Below are positions 49,522 through 59,804 of a stretch of 64,000 nucleotides of DNA, piece by piece. The notes under the pieces are model-generated. The model was not told the DNA's origin and did not search any database. It saw only the letters and a program-made list of their open reading frames with translations. The stretch spans positions 18,063 through 82,062 of the forward strand of contig JAGVWZ010000016.1 of the NCBI GenBank assembly GCA_018304045.1, in the 5' to 3' direction. The translations under genes and the position numbers were made by a program. The stretch comes from Candidatus Pacearchaeota archaeon (GTDB lineage Archaea; Nanobdellota; Nanobdellia; Pacearchaeales; GW2011-AR1). How positions within the stretch are numbered: the stretch's first letter is position 1; every line of letters starts with the position of its first letter.

Positions 49522-52500
49522 ATGATACCACCTATTCAACTTAGAAAACCCCAATTTAAGTTTATACTGTTGGGTAGGTGGAATCAATATAAAGATAGTA
49601 ATAAAACAATCCATATTTTTGAACCAAAAACGAAGGAAGAATTTGATTCTATAAAAGAGCAGGGTTTTGCCTCCATTGGAAAAGCTCCTATTGAATCTGG
49701 CTGGACTAAGAATTCAGACTATATTTATGCAGACCCAAAACTACTTAGCCATATCTCTGCAGGATATAATTATGGTGTAAAATGTGGACCTGGAAGATTA
49801 AGTATCCTTGATGTTGATGACACATCCATTATCCCAGAGTTAGATAAGATGGTTCCAGAAACCCTAACCATTGAAACAGGAAGTGGAAAACAGCATAGGT
49901 ATTTCCTAGTTCCTGTAGGAACTCCTAAAATAATTTTAGAAAAGAATAAAGTCCATTATGGAGAACTGCAAGGTCCTGGTTCTCAATGTGTTGGGGCAGG
50001 TTCAAAACATCCAATTGGCGGAAAAGAGTATAATGTTATAAAAGATGTGGATATTACAGAACTTTCACAGGAGATTATAGATAAAATTAAAGATAACTAC
50101 ACAGACTTTAATAATGACCCTATAAAAGTCATTTCTCCAGATTGGAATCAGTATAATAAGACAAATATAAGTGACTTATTATCAATAACCACTTTAGTTA
50201 ATTTAGGTAGTATGAAGAAAACTGGTGGAGAGTATTTTGGTTCCCATCCAGTTCATGGCTCACAGACAGGTATGAATTTTTTTATTAATCCATCTAAAAA
50301 TCTCTGGCATTGTTTCAGGTGTGATTCTGGAGGAGATTCTTTATCCCTCTTAGCAGTCAATGAAGGTATTTGCGGATGTAGCGACTTTTCAAGAAGTGGA
50401 AAGAAACTAAGGGGAGAAGATTTTATCAAAGTGAAAAAAATTGTTGAAGAGAAATATAACATCAAGATTCCTCAAAAAGAACTAGAATTAACTCCTTTAA
50501 AGAATATCAAAGTAGAGTTAGGTAGGCGTGTTAAAACAATCGTTTCTGTTTTAGATATGACTCCGGGAGTTAGTATGGTTGTAGGGTATGAAGCAACTTG
50601 TCCACAATGCCTTAGAAATACAATTTTATACCACAAAAATCCTACCTCTTGCTCAATAGCTTTTGCAGAAGAATTAAAAAATGAAAATAAAGCCGGTTGT
50701 CTTGATAGTGCTAATAAACCTATAAAAGTAGATATCAAACCAATACATGAAACAGGTTATTTATTGAGTGTATTTGACCCAAAAGATACTGGAAATAATA
50801 TGCAAATAACTCCAATTTTTATAAAGAATGATTTAATACCTAAAGATTACAAATCTAAAAAAGATTGGGAAGGAGATTTATTAATAAAACCCCTTATTTT
50901 AGAAGGTAAAATCGGAGTTTTTCAATCTTTTAAAAAAAAGTTTGAGGATTGGTTTATTCATGTGGAGAATTATGAGTTTGAGGTGAAAAAAGAAGATGTT
51001 AACTACACACTTTTAAGAAAGTTTGGAGATATCGAGAGGGGTAAGAATTTTTTTGCAGAAAATTTCGCTCCAAGAATCTATGATAGAACACTAGCTAAAA
51101 AGATGTACACATTAACATTACTTTCACCAATAAAAATAAATTTACCTAATGATGAAATTGATTATGGAATAATAAATACGATAGATATGGGTGATGCTGG
51201 ACAAAGCAAAACAAAGCTTAGTAAAGAAACCTTAAAATGTGCAAAGGGGACCAACTCTAAATTTATCAGTGTTGAGAATTCTACAAATAGGGGATTACTA
51301 GGTTCAGTAGTAAAAAGTCAGAATTCTGAATCATGGACAGTTAAGGTTGGAGAGATACCTAAAGCAAGTAATGGATTAGTTTGTTTAGATGGTTATTCAA
51401 AGTTGTCACCTGACGACATGACTCAATTTAGAGGGATTTTAGAGGAGAAAGAGTTTCAGATTACAAAAGCAGGTGGAGTGCAAAAAGAATGTCCTGTTAG
51501 AATTATAATGTTAGGAAATATCGTAAAACCAATAGGGCAATACTCCACCAAACATCAAGCAAGTTTTAATATGGGTGCAACAGAGTCTGATGAAACAAAT
51601 AAATTTTCGGGTCCAGACAGAAGAAGAATTCATCATGTGTCTATTGTTGCTGATTCTGATACCAATGCTAGGGATATTGATATGCATTTATCAAAAAAAT
51701 ATGATAAAGAAAAAATAAGAGAATTGGAAAATTATTGGTCTAATTTAAGAGCTTTCTCTTGGACAAGAAAAGCTGGAGATTTTATCTGGGAAAGTGGTAT
51801 TATAGAATATGTTCAAACAAAAATAGACAGTCTTAGAAAGAAATATCCCAGGTTCTCAATGCAATATGGTGTCTTATCTAAAGGAGGGTCAAAGATGTTT
51901 ACAATCCAGTTACCCACAGTAGCAATGTTACATGAATCAATTGATGACAGTCACAAAGTCGTTATCAGGAAGGACCATGTTGATTGGTTATACCATATGT
52001 ACTTAGAGGAATTTAATGAGTTAGGATTGGGGGCTGAAAATGAAGTATATAGTATTCATAAATTGCATGCTATAGCTATTAGTCGTAATTGTTCAAAGGA
52101 AGTAAAGGAGATATTATTACTTTTACAGAGATATGGGGGAAATCAAACTGCAATTGAAAATGCAGGAGTTGTAAGTCGTATGCACATTAGTCGAATGTTG
52201 AGCAATCCAATAGAGTATGAACTAAAACACATCAGTGGTATAAAACCTCATTGGTATAAACTTAATGAAGGTTCTGGCGAACCAAAAGAAACAAGAGAGG
52301 GTATTAAATTTTTCCCTGATGACGATTTACCATCTATAACAAAAAGGGGCACAGGTTCTTTTACAGATTTTGGTAAAATCTTAATTCAAGAAATATTAAG
52401 GTTAAAAAATGAGGAACTTCAAAAGGATAAGATAATAGGAATCCCCGATTTAGAAGATGTTACATCTGTTACAGGCAGGAATGAAAGTTTAGATAACTAT

Positions 52501-52761
52501 GCAGTTGGCGGCGTTACATCTGTTACAGGTGTTACACCAAAAGAGGATATATCAAATAAAAATATAGAAAAAGTAGGAGAAGTAATACAAAGTAATACTA
52601 GTTCTATTGAAATTAAGAAAAAGAATATACTTGATATTAAAAATAGTGTAACAGATGTAACGAGTGTAACAAAAGATATATTGAATCTCAATAATACTAT
52701 AGGGGATAGTGTAATAGATGTAACAGAAGAACCTGAGTATGAAACGGAGGATTTAACATGA
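49522..52761 (+). CDS. PrimPol + CHC2-like zinc finger + MCM-family helicase fusion replication protein
   Basis: NYGV..G..LSILDVD, ETGSGKQHRYF (PrimPol); HPVH...WHCFRCDSGGD; GDAGQSKT, GLLGSV, GEIPKASNGLVCLDG, ITKAG (MCM). Confidence 0.85.
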   Translation: MIPPIQLRKPQFKFILLGRWNQYKDSNKTIHIFEPKTKEEFDSIKEQGFASIGKAPIESGWTKNSDYIYADPKLLSHISAGYNYGVKCGPGRLSILDVDDTSIIPELDKMVPETLTIETGSGKQHRYFLVPVGTPKIILEKNKVHYGELQGPGSQCVGAGSKHPIGGKEYNVIKDVDITELSQEIIDKIKDNYTDFNNDPIKVISPDWNQYNKTNISDLLSITTLVNLGSMKKTGGEYFGSHPVHGSQTGMNFFINPSKNLWHCFRCDSGGDSLSLLAVNEGICGCSDFSRSGKKLRGEDFIKVKKIVEEKYNIKIPQKELELTPLKNIKVELGRRVKTIVSVLDMTPGVSMVVGYEATCPQCLRNTILYHKNPTSCSIAFAEELKNENKAGCLDSANKPIKVDIKPIHETGYLLSVFDPKDTGNNMQITPIFIKNDLIPKDYKSKKDWEGDLLIKPLILEGKIGVFQSFKKKFEDWFIHVENYEFEVKKEDVNYTLLRKFGDIERGKNFFAENFAPRIYDRTLAKKMYTLTLLSPIKINLPNDEIDYGIINTIDMGDAGQSKTKLSKETLKCAKGTNSKFISVENSTNRGLLGSVVKSQNSESWTVKVGEIPKASNGLVCLDGYSKLSPDDMTQFRGILEEKEFQITKAGGVQKECPVRIIMLGNIVKPIGQYSTKHQASFNMGATESDETNKFSGPDRRRIHHVSIVADSDTNARDIDMHLSKKYDKEKIRELENYWSNLRAFSWTRKAGDFIWESGIIEYVQTKIDSLRKKYPRFSMQYGVLSKGGSKMFTIQLPTVAMLHESIDDSHKVVIRKDHVDWLYHMYLEEFNELGLGAENEVYSIHKLHAIAISRNCSKEVKEILLLLQRYGGNQTAIENAGVVSRMHISRMLSNPIEYELKHISGIKPHWYKLNEGSGEPKETREGIKFFPDDDLPSITKRGTGSFTDFGKILIQEILRLKNEELQKDKIIGIPDLEDVTSVTGRNESLDNYAVGGVTSVTGVTPKEDISNKNIEKVGEVIQSNTSSIEIKKKNILDIKNSVTDVTSVTKDILNLNNTIGDSVIDVTEEPEYETEDLT
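52459..52724. repeat. iteron-like inverted repeat cluster (candidate origin)
   Basis: GTTACATCTGTTACA at 52459 and 52513; reverse complement at 52647 and (1 mismatch) 52710; A-rich centre. Confidence 0.65.
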
Positions 52762-53012
52762 GTAAACAAATAGATTATAACATAGAATTTTTCGGACTTG
52801 TTCCTTTCAAATGTAAAAAATGTAAAACTAAATTAAAAATGGGTCATATTCCATATAAGGATAAAAGAATTACCATCCCACTACTTTTTTGTCAAAAGTG
52901 TAATGAAATCTTGGAACTGCAAGTATTCTATCATGATGATTGTCCTGCATCAAAAGCAAAAAAGATTAGGGATAAATTTGCTAAAAACTATGGATTAAGA
53001 ATTATTAATTAA
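52758..53012 (+). CDS. small zinc-finger protein
   Basis: CKKC...CQKC; overlaps rep stop. Confidence 0.6.
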   Translation: MSKQIDYNIEFFGLVPFKCKKCKTKLKMGHIPYKDKRITIPLLFCQKCNEILELQVFYHDDCPASKAKKIRDKFAKNYGLRIIN

Positions 53013-53063
53013 TTTTTCCGTCGACAAAGGGATAGTATTTAAACTTTAACTCATTAGAGATAT

Positions 53064-53528
53064 ATGAGGAAAGATAAAGTAAGATTTGGTGCAGTTGTCT
53101 TTATGGTTTTATTTGTTGGTTTGTTAGTTGCAGGATTGTTCTATTTAAGTTATGGAATTGAACAAACTTCTTTTAAATTAAATGAAAAGAAAACAGGAGT
53201 GCAAGAAGATAATATAAAATTCACGGATGCAACATGGCACTTAGTAGATTTTTCTTCCTGCGAAAATGCTTATGATGAAAACAGGGCAATGCAGGAAATT
53301 GGTTTAATATATACTATTCCTTATTATGGAAATGATTATAACTGCAATCTTCAGATAACAACATACTATGATGATGGAAAGGTAAGCACACCTCAATCTA
53401 AAAGATTAGATGAAACAATTCATACCTTTAGTGGATTTAATGTGTTTGACAGCTATAAGTTTACTATTTGTTGCACAGATAATTTTGATACTGCATGTAA
53501 ATCAAAGATGGTTGAAAGTTATTGCTAG
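53064..53528 (+). CDS. membrane-anchored Cys-containing protein
   Basis: N-terminal TM. Confidence 0.6.
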   Translation: MRKDKVRFGAVVFMVLFVGLLVAGLFYLSYGIEQTSFKLNEKKTGVQEDNIKFTDATWHLVDFSSCENAYDENRAMQEIGLIYTIPYYGNDYNCNLQITTYYDDGKVSTPQSKRLDETIHTFSGFNVFDSYKFTICCTDNFDTACKSKMVESYC

Positions 53529-53680
53529 GGGTTGCTTATATCAATTAGTTCGGAGTTCAATTCTATTCAGACCCATTTTTATGAATACAGGATAAACAAT
53601 ATCTTAATCTTGTTGTATGGTCTGATACTCTGCTTGTTTATATACTTCTCCTTATGATTAAATAAATATTAAAGAATAAG

Positions 53681-54058
53681 ATGACAAAGTTAAAAGAGAA
53701 TGTAAATAGATTAAACGCCTTGCTTAAAGAAGGCAAAATTGCGGAGGCTTTTGAAAAATATTACAATCTGGATGTAACTATACATATTGATGGAAATCCG
53801 CCTATAACTGGGAAAGAACAAAAAAGAGAAATGATTTTTCTTCAAGAAATAGAAAAATTAAACAATGCCGAAATAAAGTTAGTTGCTTTTGGAGGAACTG
53901 ATAATGATGTTTCAGTAACAGAATGGGAAATAAATATTGAAAATAAAGAAGGAGTTAAAAAAATAATTTATCGTGTAAATATTCAACATTGGAAAGAAGA
54001 TAAAATTATTAATGAAAAGATATATTTTTGTGGTGACCAAAAATTCAAAGTAGAGTAA
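53681..54058 (+). CDS. SnoaL/NTF2-like protein
   Basis: EAFEKYY...GKE...QHWKEDKIINEKIY. Confidence 0.75.
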   Translation: MTKLKENVNRLNALLKEGKIAEAFEKYYNLDVTIHIDGNPPITGKEQKREMIFLQEIEKLNNAEIKLVAFGGTDNDVSVTEWEINIENKEGVKKIIYRVNIQHWKEDKIINEKIYFCGDQKFKVE

Positions 54059-54085
54059 ATATATATTTTTATAGTTGTAATCAAA

Positions 54086-54283
54086 TCATCTGGATAAATA
54101 CCAGTTTATTAATCCAAGCTGATTAATTAGAGCATAAGCTGTTAAAAAGACTGCAATAAACAAACATATGTACTTTGCATATTTCAGAATATCTTTCTTT
54201 TCTTTTGGAATTGCAATACTAAGAGTAAAGAAAATTGCTATTAAAAGAGGCATTAAGACTTTTTCTGTGTATCCTTGTATCAT
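54086..54283 (-). CDS. small 2-TM protein
   Basis: Two hydrophobic segments. Confidence 0.5.
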   Translation of the reverse strand: MIQGYTEKVLMPLLIAIFFTLSIAIPKEKKDILKYAKYICLFIAVFLTAYALINQLGLINWYLSR

Positions 54284-54343
54284 TTTACTATCTGGTAACT
54301 ATGTGGTAAATATACTATTTAAGTATTATGGTAACTAAGTTAT

Positions 54344-54613
54344 ATGAAAAAGGTAACCAAATGGGACTTAGTTAGTTATGTGCTTGCTAGTTCTTATAGG
54401 AAGAAAGTATTGTCTGCTTTATCAACCCCTAAGACTCCATCAGCTATAAGCAAAGAGATAAGCATAAACAAAACTCACATAAGCAGAGCATTAGCAGAGT
54501 TAGAAGATAAAGGTTTGATTAAGTGTTTAACTCCAAACTCAAAGAAAGGTAAGATATACTCAATCCAAGACTTAGGTAAAGAGACACTAACAGAAGTCAA
54601 TAAGCTAAAGTAA
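54344..54613 (+). CDS. winged-helix transcriptional regulator
   Basis: SSYRKKVL...TPSAIS...HISRALAELEDKGLI...GKIY. Confidence 0.85.
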   Translation: MKKVTKWDLVSYVLASSYRKKVLSALSTPKTPSAISKEISINKTHISRALAELEDKGLIKCLTPNSKKGKIYSIQDLGKETLTEVNKLK

Positions 54614-55120
54614 GCCAAAAGCCCATGTCGTTCTATGCCCGAGTAGTTGTGGGCTTTAAAAGAACTGTTAAACCCAAACAATTTAAACAGTTTAATTATA
54701 CCCTTTTATTAGTATATTATTTAACAATTTAATATACTCTGTGGGCACAGCAGGGCTACAGCACCATAACCAAACTAACTAAAAGGGTTAGTCTGACTAT
54801 ATTAAATTACTTTAATATACTAAATAAGTGTGCTAAAGATTTTAAGATGATTTGTCAGCTTAACTCTGATTAATTTTATGTGTTTGTTTTAATGGTTCAT
54901 TTAATCTTTTATGCTAAAAGATTTAACTTCTCAGATAAATAAAGGTAATGACTCTGAATTTATTTTTATATAAATTAAAATTTTTATATAAATTTTCATC
55001 CGGCGTCTCCGGCCTACGCGTATATATATATAATAAAATAGATAGCAGAACTAATAAACAGTTGTATGCGCATGATTGTGTGCATTAAAAGATAAAAGAT
55101 TAAGGATGGATTGATGTTAA

Positions 55121-56005
55121 TTAGTGAACTTCGACTAACATTTTTTGTTGTTGTGGAACTTGAAAGCTTGTTAAGGAAACATTTCGTTTGAATATTTTTG
55201 AAGTAGAGTTATTGTATTTCCTTTTAGTTCCATATTTGATATGGTACTTAATTCCCCTTTCTTTACAAAAGGTTTCTACTACATCTGCTTGATCTTCATA
55301 GAATTGTTCATTGTTAGGGTAATTACTTGAATGGCAATTATAATTTAATTTTCCAAAGATGATATTATCAACAAAAGATACTTTCTCTAAAATGTCTATT
55401 AAATCCTGTTCAACTAAATTGGGTGTTGGATATGGTTCCATACTAACCCAAGTTTTAAGTCCAGCATCATGTAATAGCTTTAAAGCTTTAATTCTACCCA
55501 TATAAGGAGAGCTACCTGGTTCAAATTGTTTCTTAAAGTTTTCATTTAAAGAGACTAATGTAATTCCATATTCATTCTTATCACTATATTTATTTGTATT
55601 TCTTAGTTCCTTAGGATATATTCCTTTTGTTAGAATGGTACACTTTATCCCATTAGAGTTCAACTTATTTATAATCTTAAGAGTCATATCTGCGACTTCA
55701 GGATACAGATACATAAAAGGGTCAGTCATAAAACAAAGATGAACAAACTTAATATCCTTTTTATATTTTGGAATTTCTTTGTCTAATAATTCAAGAGCAT
55801 TTTTCACAAGTTTAGGTTTACACCAATCTTCATAAGATTTTACCTTTCCAAATCTTCTTGACATCATAAAAGCATAACAAGGAAACTTACAACCATGAGC
55901 ACAGCCAATAACATGATTAATACAATAATCTGCATACTCTACTTTGCTTTTATACAACAAAGAATTACGATTAACATATCTCATTTTTATCATCTCCTTC
56001 TTCAT
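55121..56005 (-). CDS. radical SAM protein (SPL/DUF5131-related)
   Basis: NHVIGCAHGCKFPCYA three-Cys motif, TDPF, ILTKG, WVSMEP. Confidence 0.85.
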   Translation of the reverse strand: MKKEMIKMRYVNRNSLLYKSKVEYADYCINHVIGCAHGCKFPCYAFMMSRRFGKVKSYEDWCKPKLVKNALELLDKEIPKYKKDIKFVHLCFMTDPFMYLYPEVADMTLKIINKLNSNGIKCTILTKGIYPKELRNTNKYSDKNEYGITLVSLNENFKKQFEPGSSPYMGRIKALKLLHDAGLKTWVSMEPYPTPNLVEQDLIDILEKVSFVDNIIFGKLNYNCHSSNYPNNEQFYEDQADVVETFCKERGIKYHIKYGTKRKYNNSTSKIFKRNVSLTSFQVPQQQKMLVEVH

Positions 56006-56062
56006 AATTAAATAATGTTTTTGGTATATATAAGTGTTACCACCACTTCAAAAATAAGAAAT

Positions 56063-57016
56063 TCAAAATAGAGTTCTTTGTCTCTTAGTTACCAGTTCTA
56101 ATGCCATTTCAACGGATTTATCAGAATTAGATTCTATTTCTTTTTTTGCCTTTTCTAATGCTTTTAACCAAGAGGAATCATTTTTTGTTTTATGTGTAAT
56201 AAATAACATATGATATACAAAATTAAATTTTTTTGATTGTATTTTTATATCTTTAACAATACAATCCCCTTTTTCTTTCACAATATTTTCACTATAAACT
56301 TTTACTAAATCGTCAACATCATCTATAGATTTCCAAGACTCATCTCCAAAAAAAACATTTAATCCTTCTCCAGCACATTCTTTATATTTTTTAGCTAACT
56401 GAACTGTTCTTATTATCTGTCCACTCATTAATGTAAAAACAATATCACTCCTTAAGTTAAGAACTTTTTTCATTGATCCCCAATCAAATTCCATACAATG
56501 AGGATCAATGAAAAAGAAAGAATAACCTTGATCTTTATTAATCTCTCTTATAATATCATCTAGACATTCATTACAATTTTTTGAAAAAGTTAATAATTTC
56601 TGTTCTTTAAAATAATCTAGTCTTTCTTTTAATGAGTCAAAAAGAGATAAATCACTTTCACAGAAAAATAGTTTTGTAAATTTATTTCTGTATCTTAATG
56701 TAGCAATTAATGGAGAACCTATAAGAAAATCTTTTTTGTTCTTCATCTTATTTATCCCAGAACCGGCAAATAAATCCACATAATATTTGTTATCAAAATA
56801 TTTGTTGATTATGATAGTGCAGACGTCTAATGCATAATTTAGAAAGACTAATTTAAGTGGTGTCCATTCATTAAATTCATTATAAACCTCTGGTTGTATT
56901 TTTATTATTTCATCTATATCTTTCTTAAACTGAGAGTTTGTAACTTCTAGGGGTTGTATATGTTTCTTTAACCAGTCCATTCCTGTAATCTTTTCCATAC
57001 TAAACAAATAAAACAA
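56063..57016 (-). CDS. three-Cys-motif partner protein TcmP-like (SAM-dependent methyltransferase fold)
   Basis: WTPLKL..L..Y, YVDLFAGSG, GSPLIA, FFFIDP. Confidence 0.8.
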   Translation of the reverse strand: MFYLFSMEKITGMDWLKKHIQPLEVTNSQFKKDIDEIIKIQPEVYNEFNEWTPLKLVFLNYALDVCTIIINKYFDNKYYVDLFAGSGINKMKNKKDFLIGSPLIATLRYRNKFTKLFFCESDLSLFDSLKERLDYFKEQKLLTFSKNCNECLDDIIREINKDQGYSFFFIDPHCMEFDWGSMKKVLNLRSDIVFTLMSGQIIRTVQLAKKYKECAGEGLNVFFGDESWKSIDDVDDLVKVYSENIVKEKGDCIVKDIKIQSKKFNFVYHMLFITHKTKNDSSWLKALEKAKKEIESNSDKSVEMALELVTKRQRTLF

Positions 57017-57018
57017 GA

Positions 57019-57423
57019 CTATTTAGGATTTATGTTTTTCACAAAAATCCTAACATCACTAAGTTTTGGATTAACAGTATCTTCATCTAACTTATCATCA
57101 TATCTAAATTGAATGAGTTTTAATCCATTTTCTTTACACTTGATAACCCTTAATTCATCATATCTCTTTCTTTGTTCTGTTCTTCCTTCTCTCCTATCCA
57201 TCAGTTTGTTTGGTTTAAAATGTTGTTTTCCCATATATTCAACAACTAACTTATAATCAGGAAAGTAAGCATCAACAGGAAGTTTAGATTGTTTATTTGT
57301 TTTTTTACTTACATCTCCCAAAAGAAAAGGAAATCTGTGTTGCAGGAGAACATTATCTGTTTTGAGAACTTTCTTAAAAAAATTTATACAATTCATTTCT
57401 CCTATTTTCTTTATTGATACCAT
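57019..57423 (-). CDS. Vsr/DUF559-like endonuclease
   Basis: LPVDAYFPDYKLVVEYMGKQHF...D..R...C..NG.KLI. Confidence 0.75.
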   Translation of the reverse strand: MVSIKKIGEMNCINFFKKVLKTDNVLLQHRFPFLLGDVSKKTNKQSKLPVDAYFPDYKLVVEYMGKQHFKPNKLMDRREGRTEQRKRYDELRVIKCKENGLKLIQFRYDDKLDEDTVNPKLSDVRIFVKNINPK

Positions 57424-57549
57424 TTTTATAGTAAATCTTAAACTGGTTATTATTTATTAATTTCTATTATTAACTATTCAGTTTAACACTAAAAACCTTT
57501 AAAAGGCATAGGTTTATTATTATTTTAAGATTAATTAATAATCTTAAAT

Positions 57550-57620
57550 GGGCTATTAGGCTAGTGGCAAACCGATTCCTTTACACGGAATATTCACCAG
57601 TTCGATTCTGGTATGGCCCA
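57550..57620 (+). tRNA. tRNA-Val(UAC), element-borne
   Basis: GGGCTAT/ATGGCCC-A acceptor, ATTCC-TTTACAC-GGAAT anticodon arm, ACCAG-TTCGATT-CTGGT T arm. Confidence 0.9.
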
Positions 57621-57630
57621 TATAAATAAA

Positions 57631-57816
57631 ATGAAGACCTCCATAAAAATACTTTTAATTGTAGTATATTTAATTGGTTTTACATTGTTATTACCTTTCT
57701 TTTTTAGTATGCTTGACAAACTTCCTGATTCTTATGCTTTGGGAGTTATCGCTGTCTTGATTATTGTTTTTATGTATTGTTTTATTCCATATAAAATCTG
57801 GAAGTTGAAAAAATGA
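57631..57816 (+). CDS. small 2-TM protein
   Basis: Hydrophobic; start MKTSIK after the tRNA. Confidence 0.55.
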   Translation: MKTSIKILLIVVYLIGFTLLLPFFFSMLDKLPDSYALGVIAVLIIVFMYCFIPYKIWKLKK

Positions 57817-58075
57817 GTTCATCAGTTTTATACACTAGAGGAATACCAATATTGATTGGGGTTATAATATCTTTTATACTCTATCTACTCTCACAATGGC
57901 TTTTGAACAGAAAAAAATGAGATTGTTTACACAAAAAATTCACTAGTTTGATTTTGACATAATTTCACATGTTTTTTTATAGATTTTTTGTTTTAGAAAA
58001 GTTTATAAGTTTACAATATGGAAAAATATATAGGGGTGAGAAGCACCTCAGGAGCTTATTCTGAGAAGATTTAAG

Positions 58076-59803
58076 ATGGAAAGAAAATCAGAATTTGGTG
58101 GAAAGGGAAATGGATTAGTTTGGCTTGCACAAAATACAGATTTAGGATATGATGTTCCTCAATTTGAAATTATAGACACTTCCTTCTATGAGCAATTTAA
58201 AGGGCAATCTCAAACTCCTCAAAGGTTAGAAGAAAAGTGTAGAGAACTTTCACAAAAATTTAGTGGTAGAGCAGTTTCAGTTAGAAGTTCAGGAGTTGTT
58301 TCTGAAGATAATGATAGATTTTCAGGAGCAGGAATTTATGAGACTTTCTTTTTAGAATCAATGCAATTAACTCCTCAAAGTCTTCATGATTCAGTTTTAA
58401 AGGTTTATTCATCAGTTGATTCAGAAAGAGCAGTTCAATATAGAAAAGAAGCTGGATTGGGAAATGAAAAAATGGCTGTTGTTGTACAAGAAATTGCTGA
58501 TGGGGAGAATGGAGTTTTTATGTCAAGATTACCTGCAAGAGCAGGAATAATTCCTGCTTCTTGGTCAAGAACAATTGGGGCAGTTGTTCAAGGAGATACA
58601 GAATCAGAAGTCCATAGAGCATTTTTTGCATTAACTAAAGATGGTTATAAATTAATGTTTTTAGATGAAAGCTCACCTTATACTGAAGCTACAAATCTAG
58701 GAAATAGATTAGTTCCTTTAACTCAAAGATTAAAAGAAAGATATGGTAAAGAATTTGAAGCAGAATTTTCATATAATCCTAAAAATGAAAAATTGTCTAT
58801 GTTACAAATAAGACCCTTAACAAATGTTCAAGATAAAGAAGTAAAGTTTCCTGATAAAGAACCAATTTTCACAGCAGAATTATGTATGGGTGTTGGAGAA
58901 TATATTGGTCTCATGGTTACTCCTGGAGGTAACACAAATCCTGTTAGAAAATTTTGGGATGAACCAAATCATTATGCTTTTGTTACACCAAGATTAGAAA
59001 AAACTATTCAAAGAGGTTTTGGAGGTTTAGGTTCTTTACTTGGTAAAGGTGATGATTTTGCTTTAGATTATGACCTATTAACTCCTGGTAAAAAAGCTAT
59101 TGTTTTAACACATCAAGCACTTCCAGGTATGCATGCTATGACTGTAGCAAATGAAAAAGGAATACTCTGTTTAGCAAGAGAATGTAATAAATTAGGTGAT
59201 GATGAATTAATTCATAGATATGGAGTAGATAGAGGTTATATAATGGAAATGTTGGGTGGAAGCACTTTATTAGATTCTCCAAAATTTGATATTCCTCTTG
59301 AAGAAGTTGGAAAATATATTCATGTGGTTTCAGACGGATTAAGAGGTCATGTTTATAGAGCAACAGAAGAAGAAGCAAGAGAATTTGAAAAAAGAATGTT
59401 GGGAGATGAAAGATTTGTAGTTTCAGAGATAAGCAGTCCATACGGTGGGGAACTTGCAGATAAGTTTTGGGATTGGGAATTTAAAATAAAACCTCAAACA
59501 GCATTAGTATCTTATCAAACAGTTTGCCAAGATTTTGTTGAACATATGAGAAGAGTATCAGGAAAAAGATTTAGATTAAATGTCTCTCCAGCAAATAATT
59601 CTTATGAACTCACTCATCCATCTAGTGAGTTTGAAGTATTTTATGCTCATTTTGACCCAGAAAAAAGAGATGAAGGAATTTTCTTTGCAACAGGAAGAGG
59701 AGTTTCAGATATATCTGATAAAGAAACAACAAGACAATGGTTTCAACAATTTGTAGACAGAGTTAAAAATCCAGATTATAAACCTCAAGTTGAAGAATAT
59801 TAA
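58076..59803 (+). CDS. PEP/pyruvate-binding (PPDK_N, ATP-grasp) domain protein
   Basis: GGKG, VRSS..SED..FSGAGIYET, MAVVVQE, LQIRP; HAMTVANEKGI swivel-like segment. Confidence 0.8.
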   Translation: MERKSEFGGKGNGLVWLAQNTDLGYDVPQFEIIDTSFYEQFKGQSQTPQRLEEKCRELSQKFSGRAVSVRSSGVVSEDNDRFSGAGIYETFFLESMQLTPQSLHDSVLKVYSSVDSERAVQYRKEAGLGNEKMAVVVQEIADGENGVFMSRLPARAGIIPASWSRTIGAVVQGDTESEVHRAFFALTKDGYKLMFLDESSPYTEATNLGNRLVPLTQRLKERYGKEFEAEFSYNPKNEKLSMLQIRPLTNVQDKEVKFPDKEPIFTAELCMGVGEYIGLMVTPGGNTNPVRKFWDEPNHYAFVTPRLEKTIQRGFGGLGSLLGKGDDFALDYDLLTPGKKAIVLTHQALPGMHAMTVANEKGILCLARECNKLGDDELIHRYGVDRGYIMEMLGGSTLLDSPKFDIPLEEVGKYIHVVSDGLRGHVYRATEEEAREFEKRMLGDERFVVSEISSPYGGELADKFWDWEFKIKPQTALVSYQTVCQDFVEHMRRVSGKRFRLNVSPANNSYELTHPSSEFEVFYAHFDPEKRDEGIFFATGRGVSDISDKETTRQWFQQFVDRVKNPDYKPQVEEY

Positions 59804-59804
59804 C

